DNA of 64,000 bases. Origin: the human T2T-CHM13v2.0 reference genome, Homo sapiens. Where the stretch lies: NCBI RefSeq assembly GCF_009914755.1, contig NC_060926.1. One strand, given 5' to 3'. Made by a program: the position numbers and the translations under genes. The stretch's first letter is position 1; every line of letters begins with the position of its first letter. Of the stretch, positions 1 to 11,560 are shown one piece after another. The notes under the pieces are model-generated. The model had not been told where the DNA came from and made no database searches. It saw nothing but the letters and a program-made list of their open reading frames with translations.

Positions 1-300
1 TGTCTATCATATAACCATCCAACCATTGTATTTTGGAAGCAGAAAAGTTGTTTTCTAATTTTAAGAACTGGAGATAGAGAGGGATTTTGTCCCAAGATGG
101 ATCATACACAAAGTGGAACCAATACCTGATTCAGATGAATTAGACAATGAGATTTGGAAATTAGTTAGCAGATGATGTTATATCAGATTTAGGAGTTAGA
201 GTTGATGCTGGAATTAGTTAAGACTATTCAGGATATTGAGACAGGGTGAATGTGGCTTGCACATAGAAAAGTAAAGAATTTAGGAAGACAGAGGGCAACT
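1..300 (+). mobile_element. MLT1-type MaLR internal sequence, 3' end (truncated by the window edge)
   Basis: Resembles the MLT-int 3' end (GAGTTGATGCTGGAATTAGTTAAGACT) and ends in a purine-rich tract just before an MLT1 LTR start. Confidence 0.6.
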
Positions 301-520
301 TAGAGTGAGTTGAATAACATCTCCTCAAAATTCATGTTCATCCAGAATCTCAGGATGTAACTTTATTTGGAAATAGGATATTTACAGATTTAGGTAAGAA
401 TCTCATGATAAACTATTCTAGATTATGGTGCACTCTAACTTTTGGTTTTGAATTTCTGGATTTAAGAACTGTGAGAAAATAAATTTCTGTTGTTTTAAGC
501 CACCAAGTTGTATTAAGTCA
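301..520 (+). mobile_element. MLT1 (B/C-like) LTR, 5' part, internally deleted, interrupted by THE1
   Basis: Contains CAAAATTCATGTTCATCCAGAATCTCAGGATGTAACTTTATTTGGAAATAGG and GAACTGTGAGAAAATAAATTTCTGTTGTTTTAAGCCACC. The LTR resumes at 2798. Confidence 0.75.
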
Positions 521-884
521 TGATATGGTTTGGCTGTGTCCTCACCCAAAAATCATCTTGAATTCTAACTCCCACAATTCCCACATGTCAAGGGAGAAAC
601 CAAATGGGAGGTGATTGAATTATGGGGGCAGGTCTTTCCTATGCTGTTCTTGTGATAATGAGTCTCACAAGATCTGATGGTTTTAAAAATGGGAGTTTCC
701 CTACACAAGCTCTCTTTTTGCCTGTTGCCATTCATATAAGATGTGACTTGCTCCTCCTTGCCTTCCACCATGATTGTGAGGCTTCCCCAGCCACGTGAAA
801 CTGTAAGTCCATGAAACGTTTTTCTCTTGCAAATTACCAGTCTCGGATATGTCTTTATCAGCAGTGTGAAAATGCACTAATACA
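521..884 (+). mobile_element. THE1B-like 5' LTR (364 bp)
   Basis: Starts TGATATGGTTTGGCTGTGTCC, ends CTAATACA, and is a direct repeat of 2439-2797. Confidence 0.93.
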
Positions 885-2438
885 ATAAATTGGTACTGAG
901 AGTTGGGTGCTGTTGGAAAGATACCCAAAAATGTGGAAGCAATTTTGGAACTGGATAACAGGAAAAGGTTGGAACGGTTTGGAGGGCTCAGAAGACAGGA
1001 AAATGTAGGAAAGTTTGGAACTTCCTAGAGACTTGTTGAATGGCTTTGACAAAAATGATGAGAGTGATATGAACTATAAAGCCCAGACTGAGGAGGTCCT
1101 AGATGGAGATCTGGAACTTGTTGAGAACTGGAACAAAGGTGACTCTTACGTTTTAGCAAAGAGACTGGTGGCATTTGCCCCTGCCTTAGAGATTTGTGGA
1201 ACTTTGAACTTGTGAGAGGTAATTTAGGGGATCTGGTGAAGAAATGTATAAATAGCAAAGCATTCAAGAAGTGACTTGGGCGTTGTTAAAGACATTCAGT
1301 TTTAAAAGGGAAGCAGAGCATAAAAATTTGAAAAATTTGTAGCCTGAAAACGTGATAAAAAAGAAAATCTCATTTTCTAAGGAGAAATTCAAGCCAGCTG
1401 CAGAAATTTGCATTACTAATGAGGAGCCAAATGTTAATCCCCAAGACAATGGGGAAAATGTCCCCAGGGCATGTCAGATGTCTCATAGCAGCCCCTCCCA
1501 TCACAGGCCCAGGGACACAGGAGGAAAAAATAGTTTTGTAGGCCAGGCCCAGAGTCCCCATGCTGTGTGCAGCCTAGGGACTTGGTGCCCTATGTCCCAG
1601 CTGCTCCAGTTGTGGCTGAAAGGGGCCAACATAGAGCTCAGGCCATGGCTTCAGAGGGTGTAAGCCCCAAGCCTTGGCAGCTTCCACACGTTGTGTTGAG
1701 CCTGTGAGTCCACAGAAGAATTGGGGTTTGGGAACCTCTGCCTAGATTTCAGAAGATGTATGGAAACACCTACATGCCCAGGAAGAAGTTTGCTTCAAGG
1801 GTGGGGCCCTCATGGAGAACCTCTGCTAGGAGGGAAATGTGGGGTTGGAGCCCCCACACAGAGTCCCTACTGGGGCACCACCTAGTGGAACTGTGAGAAG
1901 AGGGCCACTGTCCTCCAGACCCCAGAATTGTAGATCCACTGACAGCTTGCACCATTTATCTGGAAAAGCTGCAGATACTCAACACCAGCCCATGAAAGCA
2001 GCTGGGTGGGAGGCTGCACCCTGCAAAGCCACAGGGGCAGAACTATCCAAGATCATGGGAACTCACCTCTTGCATAAGCATGACCTGGATGTGAGACATA
2101 GAGTCAAAGGAGATCATTTTGGAGCTTTAAGATTTGACTGCCTGCTGGATTTTGGACATTTGTGGGGCCTATAGCCCCTTTGTTTTGGCCAATTTCTCCC
2201 ATTTGGAATTGCTGTATTTACTCAATGCCCATACCCCCAGTGTATCTAGGAGGTAACTAACTTGCTTTTGATTTTACAGGCTCATAGGAGAAAGGGACTT
2301 GCCTTGTCTCAGATGAGACATTGCACTGTGGACTGTTGAGTTAATGCTGAAATGAGCTAAGACTTTTGGGGACTATTGGGAAGGCATGATTTGTTTTGAA
2401 ATGCAAGAACATGAGATTTGGGAGGCGCTGAGGCAGAA
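885..2438 (+). mobile_element. THE1-int internal region with fragmented ORF relics
   Basis: ~1.55 kb between two LTRs. ORF-track fragments 1015-1215 (ELPRDLLNGFD), 1352-1663 (KEKFKPAAEICI) and 1839-2174 (GLEPPHRVPTGA) are typical THE1/MST-int translations, broken by stops and frameshifts. Confidence 0.92.
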
Positions 2439-2797
2439 TGATATGGTTTGGCTGTGTCCCCCCTGCCCAAATCTCACCTTGAATTGTAACTCCCACAATT
2501 CCCACATGTCATGGGAGGACCCTGGTGATTGAATTATGGGGGCGGGTCTTTCCTGTGTTGTTCTTGTGATAGTGAATGAGTCTCATGAGATCTGATGGTT
2601 TTAAAAATGGGAGTTTCCCTGCACAAGCTCTATTTTGGCCTCCTGCCATCCATGTAAGATGTGACTTACTCCTTCTTGCCTTCTGCCATGATTGCGAGGC
2701 TTCCCTAGCCACATAGAACTGTAAGTGTACCCTTTCTCTTATAAATTGCCCACTCTAAGGTGTGTCTTTATCATCAGTGTGAAAACAGACTAATACA
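2439..2797 (+). mobile_element. THE1B-like 3' LTR
   Basis: TGATATGGTTTGGCTGTGTCC...CAGACTAATACA, a second copy of the LTR. Confidence 0.93.
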
Positions 2798-2829
2798 ATT
2801 GGTTATGGCACCTCTAGGAAACAAATACA
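2798..2829 (+). mobile_element. MLT1 LTR 3' terminus (continuation of 301-520)
   Basis: TTGGTTATGGCACCTCTAGGAAACAAATACA resembles the MLT1 end TTTGTTACGGCAGCCCTAGGAAACTAATACA. Confidence 0.7.
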
Positions 2830-3270
2830 TATTCCAAAATATTTACCCTTTTGAAGTGTACAATTCAGATGGTTTTGGTATATTCATGCACAAACATGTG
2901 CACTAATTCCAAAATGTCTTCATCACACCTCCCATCAACACATACACACACAAGTATTCTACCTTTGCTCTTCTTTCTTAAATTTATTTTCACAATTCTG
3001 TGTTCCTTGAATTTCCATGCGAATATTAGGAACAGTTTGTCAGTTTTTGCAAAAAGAAGGTATTTGATATTTTGATGCAGTTTAAATTGAGTCTGCAGAT
3101 TAATTTGGGGAGCATTATTATTTGAACAATATTAAATCTTTTAATTCATGAAGATGGGTTTCCTTTTTTTTTCATTTAGTTCTTAATTTCCTTTAATGAC
3201 ATTTTGTGCCTTTTGGTTTAACAGTTTTGGATTTCATTTAAAAATTAACTTCTAATTATTGTATTTATTT

Positions 3271-3580
<310 letters not shown>

Positions 3581-5519
3581 TAAAAGCTGCTGTTTCAAAT
3601 GGTATTGTTTTCTTAATTTCATTTTTGGCATGTTTTTCTGCTAGTGCATAGAAATAAAATATATTTTTGTATCTTACAACCTCTCTAAACTTTTTAACCT
3701 CTAATAGACTTTTGTTGTTTTCTTTAGATTTTCTTTAAATAGGTTCACAGTCTGCAAACAGAGAGTTTTGGTTCTTCTTTCCAAATATGGGTGCCATCAT
3801 CTTATTCTTTATTTCAAGGCAAAGCTTTCAATCTTTCACCATTAGCTACAAGGTTAGATATGAGATTTGTGTGGATGCCCTTGCTTAGCTTTAAACATTT
3901 TCCTTTTATTTCTAGTTTTTTGAGTGCTTTTATCATAAAAGGGTAAGTTTTATCAATTTTTTTTCTGCATCTATTGGTCATTTTTTCCTTTATAAGTACA
4001 GTACATTTCATTGATAGTTTTTTATGTTAAACCTTGCATTCCTGGGATAAATTCTACTTGGCCAAAGTGCAAAATCACTTTTGTATATTCCTAAATTCAG
4101 CTTATTACTTTCTTGAGAATTTTGTGTATATATCATAAGAGATATTGGCCTATAGTTTTTTTCTTCCATTCTTGTGATGTCTTTGTCTATTTTCAGTAGT
4201 AGCATAATAATGGCTACATAAGATGTGTTGGAAAATGCCCCATAATTTTCCATTTTTTGAAAAACTTTGTTAAGGATTGAGATTAGTTGCTTTTTAAATG
4301 TTGGATAGAATTCACAGATGATATCATCTGATTCTTGGTTTCCCCTTGTGGAAAATGTTTGACTATTAATTCAATCTATTTTTATATAGGTCTATTCAGA
4401 TTGTTTACTTCTTGGGTTGGTTGAGCAGCTTGTATCTTTCTAGAAATTTGTCCATTTCACATGGGTTGTATATTTTGTTGACCCTTTTATCTGAATATTT
4501 GTCTTTGTTTCTATCAACAATTTTTGTCTTATATAGTAACTATATTTTACTTACAGTTGTATAGTGTATGTTTTTCTATCCTTTTACATTCAGTCTTTTG
4601 TGTCTTTGAGTCTAAAGTGTGTTTTGTGTAGACTACATAATTAAATTATACTTTTAAAAATATCAATTCTGCCTACTTTGCTTTTTGGAGCATTTAATCC
4701 ATTTCGATCTAATATAATTACTGATAAGGTATGATTTACAGATGCTATTTTGCTATTTTTCTACGTTTATCTTATACCTTGTTATCCTGTTTTTTCTGTT
4801 ATCACCTTCTTTCAAGGGTTTTCTTTTTTCCAGTGTAGTATTTTAATTTCGTTATTGCTTACCTTAGTGTGTTATTTTCTTAGAAATAACCTAGGGATTA
4901 AAATAACATCTTTTATTATAACAACCTAATTTAAATTTATGCCAAATTAATTCCAATAGTATACAAAAACTTTGCTCTTATGTAACATCATTACTTAATT
5001 CCATTTTCCTTTTATCATCACACAACTTAAATCTTTGTGTTTTAATCTTAGAAACAAATTTTTTAAGTTATTGCTTTTTTCAGTCACCTTTTAAATAAGA
5101 TAGAAACACACACACAGTGTTGCAAACAAAAAAGCACTTATACTTTCTTTAAATTTACAGATGTAGTTACCTGTATGGTGCTATTCATTCCTGTGCATGC
5201 AAGTTATTGTCTCGTGTCTCTTTCTTTCAGCCTGAACATTCCCTTTATCATTTCTTTTGGGGAAGGTATGCTAACGAATAGTTCTTTGAATTTTGATTTT
5301 CTGGGAATGTCTTAATTTTTCCTTCATTGTTGAATAGATTTGCTGAACATTAAATTCTTGGCTGACAATATTCTTTATTTTAGTACCTTGAATATGCCAT
5401 CCCAGTGCCTGTCTCCAGGGTTTCTGTTGAGAAATAATCTAGTAATCTTACCGAAAATGACCCATATATAATAGATTGCCTAACTCTTGCCAATTTGAAG
5501 ATTTGAATTTGTCATCGTC

Positions 5520-5804
5520 TTTTTTTTTTTTGAGGGGGAGACAGAGTCTCGCTGGAGTGCAGTGGCGCGATCTTGGCTCACTGCAAGCTCCGCCTCCTGG
5601 ATTCACTCCATTCTCCTGCCTCAGCCTCCCGAGAAGCTGGGACTACAGGCACCTGCCACCACACCCAGCTAATTTTTTGTATTTTTAGTAGAGACGGGGT
5701 TTCACTGTGTTAGCCAGGATGGTCTCGATCTCCTGACCTCGTGATCCGCCTGCCTCAGCCTCCCAAAGTGCTGGGATTACAGGCGTGAGCCACCGCGCCC
5801 GGCC
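5520..5804 (-). mobile_element. AluY
   Basis: Diagnostic GCAAGCTCCGCCTCC and TTAGCCAGGATGGTCTCGATCTCCTGACCTCGTGATCC. Imperfect TSD TGTCATCGTCTTTT / TGTCCTTGTCTTTT. Confidence 0.93.
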
Positions 5805-6456
5805 TGTCCTTGTCTTTTGACGTTATAGTATGATGTGTCTGCATGCTGATTACATTTTGTGTTCTGCTTAGGGCTTTTTGTGCTACTTGGATCTGTAGAT
5901 TAATGTTTTTAAATTAATTCTATGGAGTTTTCAACCATTTCTTCAAATATCCTTTTGGATTTTTATTCTCCTCTACTTCTGGATCTGCCATTCTAAGTAT
6001 GTTGGTATACTTGACGGTGACTCACAGGATTCTGAGGCTGTGTTTATTTTTATTCACTTTTTTCTTTCTCAAATGAGATATGTCAATTAACATACATTCA
6101 AGATCATTCATTTTTTATTCTGCCGTCTCAAATCTGCTATTGAGCCACTCTAGTGAAATTTTTGTTTAAGGTTATTAGATAATTCTGCTCCAGAATTTTT
6201 ATGTGGTTTTAAAAAAATCAATTTTATGGCTTGATTGTTATTCTGTATTTGGTGAGACATTTTTCTCATACTTTAACATATGCTCCATTTGCTTATTTGG
6301 AAGTTTAAAAAAATAATTGATTTAAAATTTCTATTAACTCTATAACATGGGTTTTGTCAGGGACAGTTTCTATTCACGATTTTTCTTCCTGTGCATGGGC
6401 CATACTTTCTTATTTCTTTTAATTTTTGTTATTTTATGTTGAAAATTGGGCATTTT

Positions 6457-6603
6457 AGCCTCCCGAGTAGCTGGGACTACAGGCAGGAGAACGGCGTGAA
6501 CCCGGGAGGCAGAGCTTGCAGTGAGCGGAGACTACGCCACTGCACTCCAGCGTGGGCGACACAGCGAGACTCCATCTCAAAAAAAAAAAAAAAAAAAAAA
6601 AAA
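6457..6603 (+). mobile_element. 5'-truncated AluY right arm with an inverted 5' segment
   Basis: 28 nt antisense segment, then sense GGCGTGAACCCGGGAGGCAGAGCTTGCAGTGAG, a poly(A) tail and a 17 bp TSD with one mismatch. Confidence 0.9.
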
Positions 6604-6718
6604 GATAATTGGGCATTTTAAGTAATAAACTTTTGCAACTTTGCAAATTGGATCCCTCTCCTCACCAAGGCTTGTTATTGTTGCCGTTTATTGTTGTTAC
6701 TATTGTTAGTTTTGTTTA

Positions 6719-7046
<328 letters not shown>

Positions 7047-7719
7047 TTTTTTTCGTTTGTAGTTTTTGGTTTGTTTATTGAGTTTTCAAAACTAATTCTG
7101 TAAAATCACTAATCTTCATTATGTGTGACCAATTAAGTTTCTGCTCAGTTTACTAGTCAAGAAGAGACTGGACAAAGATTTTCATAAATACCTTGAACTT
7201 ATAAGTCCTCTAGCTTTTGCTGATGGGGTTCTATTTGTGTACTGGAGTGTGTTTTTATGCATTCAGAGTGTTTACAGCTCTGTCTTAGCATTTATTTCTG
7301 GTTGGTACAGAATCTCAAGATCAGCCACAGCTGAGAAATTAGGGTCTTTTAAGTCTTTTTCTGGGTACACACACATTCCTGAAGATGCAGGTGGTCTTCT
7401 AGATTCCCAGGAGCAGATCAAAGATTTACAAAGCTTCCTATGGACATTTCATATTCCAAAATTTTCATTAATTTGTTTTTTGCTTAGTTTTTAATTGTCC
7501 CATTTGTTTCAACTGCTTCAGGAAGCTGGGATGTTAAACAATTGTTGACCAACTGCCCAAAATGAGCAAGTTTTGAGTCAGGACAATAACAGAAAATCCC
7601 TGTCGGTGGAGGTTTCCAGGAAACCACAGGATGGGTTGGTTAAGTACCACTGTTTGGGGATGGCACTCTTTGTTATCTCCAAACTTGTTCTCCCCCTTCA
7701 GTGGCTGCTTGTCTACTGA

Positions 7720-8166
<447 letters not shown>

Positions 8167-9039
8167 TAAAATAAACCTCCCTTGAATTCTTGCGTGGGCT
8201 GTTAATTCTGAGTAATGAAAAAGTTGATCTTGACTTTTTGCCATTGTTCTTACTGTTTTCATGGAGTTTTTAGAGGTCCTTTTCTCATTCCATTGCTGTC
8301 AATGTTACATGGTTAGTTACTTTTGTATTTGAGGCTGTTGTGTATCTGTTAAAGTTTTGTGGTTGCAATTAACAGAAATTCAACCTGGCTTAAGTAGTAA
8401 CACGATGTTTAAGAGGGATTTGGAGGATTTTACAGAGTAAAAAGGATAGCTGAAGCACCATGTCTTGCAAGGACACAAATACTGATGGTTACACAATGTA
8501 ACCAGAAGAAATTCTCACAAACACTAGTAAGGAGGGGACTGGCCTAGGGAAATTTTTCTGAAAGCTGCATTTCAATTGCACTTTCAAAATATTGAAAGAA
8601 AAAATATACATCCTCTAAATAAACGAAAACGAAAGGCTGATGGAGATTTGAAAGGATCCAGATACCCCAAACCATCCTCTGGAAGCCAACCAGTATCCAC
8701 GTAACAGGAACTAATTGAAATTTTTCCCAGCATTCTGTGTCTGGGTGTACTGACTCCAACAATTTATAATCTTTTTTATCCTCAAAATAAGACTTAAAGT
8801 TCTAACATAAAACATTCAATTGACCTACTATGGAAATAAGAAGTAAGACCACTGGGGACTAATAATTTAAGGTTGAGACACCAAAAGAAAAAATAATGGG
8901 TTCCGGGTGAGAAAGAACAGTATATATATCCACTGTATGACATAAATGTAGATTTACAAAGATTCCCATCTAAGTAAAAACAACATCACAATTTAAACTT
9001 TTCACAATGATCAAATTATACTTTCTCTTATTTTATTCA

Positions 9040-9576
9040 TCGTTCACACAGAAGCTAAATTGATCTTTAACAGAAACTTCCATCACTCTAATCACACATT
9101 TAAAATAATTCCATAACTTCCCATTTTATTAGGACAAAGTCCTACATCATCTAGCCTCTATCTTCTTCACCATCCTTGTCCTTTTCTTACCTCTCTTTCT
9201 TCCTAATAGCATTGCTGTTTGGTTGAACCCATCTTGTTCCCACATCAAGCTTTCACATCTGCTATTTTCTCTTTCTGGAATGTTCACCTACACCCTCTTT
9301 TCAGGAGTCATTTTCTCCTTCTCTTACTAATTTTATTAAGCTTAAATATCAATCCATTAAAGGATAATATTTGATTACCTATATTTATTTATTTTCCTTC
9401 TGGACCCCATGTTTTTCTTTCATATATTACATCTGTAATTTATTTGTTATGTGTTTATTTCATATCTTATCCACCAGGGAAACAGATCCATTCTGTTTTA
9501 TTCACCATTACATATGCATGTTTGTGGCATGCCAAGCACATATGGACCAAATATTTCTTAATGAGATAAATTAATC
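9040..9576 (+). mobile_element. L2 3' fragment
   Basis: Degenerate L2 motifs (TTTCACATCTGCTATTTTCTCTTTCTGGAATG, CTGTTTTATTCACC) ending AAATATTTCTTAATGAGATAAAT. Confidence 0.55.
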
Positions 9577-10039
9577 TGCTTGTATACCCAAACTTACACA
9601 GACATGAAACATGCCTTTCATAGAATGTTTAGAATCAATAAGACTGTATACCTAAATATACTGACAGAATTTTGTTGAAAATGAAACAGATGAAAATAGT
9701 ATTAACTAAAAGTAAATTTTTGTACTTTTTCTGTTTTATGTGTTGTGACTACTCAGAAATTTAAAAAATAACATTGACAGAGTTGCATTCTGCATTCGAA
9801 TGAGATTTTCTTTCCTTGAAAGAAGCATCATTTCTGTATATTGTGCTTCCAGTGATGGTATAATTGTCTAATTGGTAATTCCTATTTTTGTTAATACCAA
9901 AGCAAATTTGCAAGACAAAAAGAATAGTCATATTATCTCATTTCATACTGGATTTCAGTCCAAAATTAGAAATTCTTCCAGCTCAGATTGAGGATAGGAT
10001 CCCACCATGATTATATCTTCTCTTTGTAATCCCTTCTAT

Positions 10040-11560
10040 GTTTCTTTATTCACAGATATTCACAAATAAGTAGAAATCATTAAGCATTTGAGAAGAGAAA
10101 AAAAGACTTGAAAGAGAATGCCAACAATGAAGGAATTAAACAAATGACCCCTGAGGGAAACAGACAAATGAGTAAACAAAAGCAAATGTTTAAGAACGTA
10201 TTCATGAGGTATTACTTGAGCCTAGGAGTTCTAGACTAGCTGGGGCATCATAGTGAGACTCCATCGCTACAAAAGAAAAATTAGCCAGGCATGGTGGAGC
10301 ACATCTGTAGTCCTAGCTCATCAGAAGCCTGAGGTGTGAGGACCACTTGAGCCCAGTAGGTCAAGGCTGCAATGAGCCATGACAGAGCCACTGCACTCCA
10401 GCCTGGGCAATAGGGCAAGACCTTGTCTCAAAAAAAAAAAAAAAAAAAAAATACAAAAACCCACAAAAAACAAAACAAAAACAATGTACTCGTGAACAGA
10501 ACAAGAATGTTTTAAATGAAGCAATCTGAGAATAAAAAATGCTATATATGTGTACATATAAATGCATATAACATAATTATACAATGTGTTATATGTTAAC
10601 TCTAAAATACATACTTGACAAATTGCTTACACTTTTAAGTAGTTAATCTGAATTACAAAAAGGACATGAACAAAAATAAAAATATTTGCAAAAATGGAAT
10701 TGAAATAAATCTCCATAATATAGAAAAACGAAAGGACAAAACAACAGAAAAAGATAGAAAAGCAAGCTTACTGAGAAGGTATTATACATACAGGTTCTTA
10801 GCCTAATCCTAGTTAAGAGTTCCAGGATGAAAAAGCAGAAACAGAAAGGAGGACAGAATCAAAGAAACAATGGATATGAGGGAAAATATTGTCAGATTTG
10901 AAGTATCTATGTTATTTGAAACAACTCCCTCAAACCTAGGCATTCATTTATGATTTTTCACAACCACAAGGAAAAATAGAATATTATAACTGTATCTTTT
11001 AAATGGAAAACACTATATTTTATCCAGACTATCAGACTTCTTATCAGGAATGCTGGATCTACAGAATAATTACATTATCAAACACATTTTCATAGATTTC
11101 TATATCCAGTCAAACTTCCTATAGGCATATCATCTGGGAACAAATGTAAAATGAGTCTGGTCACATGAGTAGAAGAAAGCTTGGCAACTAAACCTGGTCC
11201 AGAAACAAGACAATCTATCAGTTACTGGCACTCAGTAGTTTTCTTTCAGCAGTAACTTTTAACAATATTAGGTTACATTTTCTTCATTCTATTTAGTTCT
11301 GTAATGAATGGACATTGAAGTTTTAAATTGATATTAGTTTTAGAATATGTGGTTTTAGAATCAAACTATAGACACAATCAAAAACCCAATTATAGATATA
11401 GAGGAAAATGTAATGTCATAACTCTTGATGCAAAATAAAATGGCTAAGAAAATGGGAAAAAATTAATAAGAATATTAGTAAAAGAACATTAGGTGCCCCA
11501 ATTTCACATCTTTCATACAGGAAGTGCAACAGATTCTGTCTAAAGTTGACAGAAGTTCTT
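10040..11560 (+). mobile_element. HAL1 / old L1 ORF1-type fragment, interrupted by AluJ
   Basis: A-rich ORF1-like sequence (GAGTTCCAGGATGAAAAAGCAGAAA, CAGACTATCAGACTTCTTATCAG). Boundaries are approximate. Confidence 0.45.
10206..10482 (+). mobile_element. AluJ, 5'-truncated
   Basis: Diverged Alu with the J-type GTCAAGGCTGCAATGAGCCATGA and a poly(A)/AAAAC tail. Decayed TSD AACGTATTCATGA / AATGTACTCGTGA. Confidence 0.88.

Noticed and set aside
2700-2712. PRDM9-A hotspot motif in the THE1B 3' LTR (CTTCCCTAGCCAC)
   Set aside because: It mismatches CCNCCNTNNCCNC at position 2. The 5' LTR shares that T, so it is probably ancestral rather than hotspot erosion.
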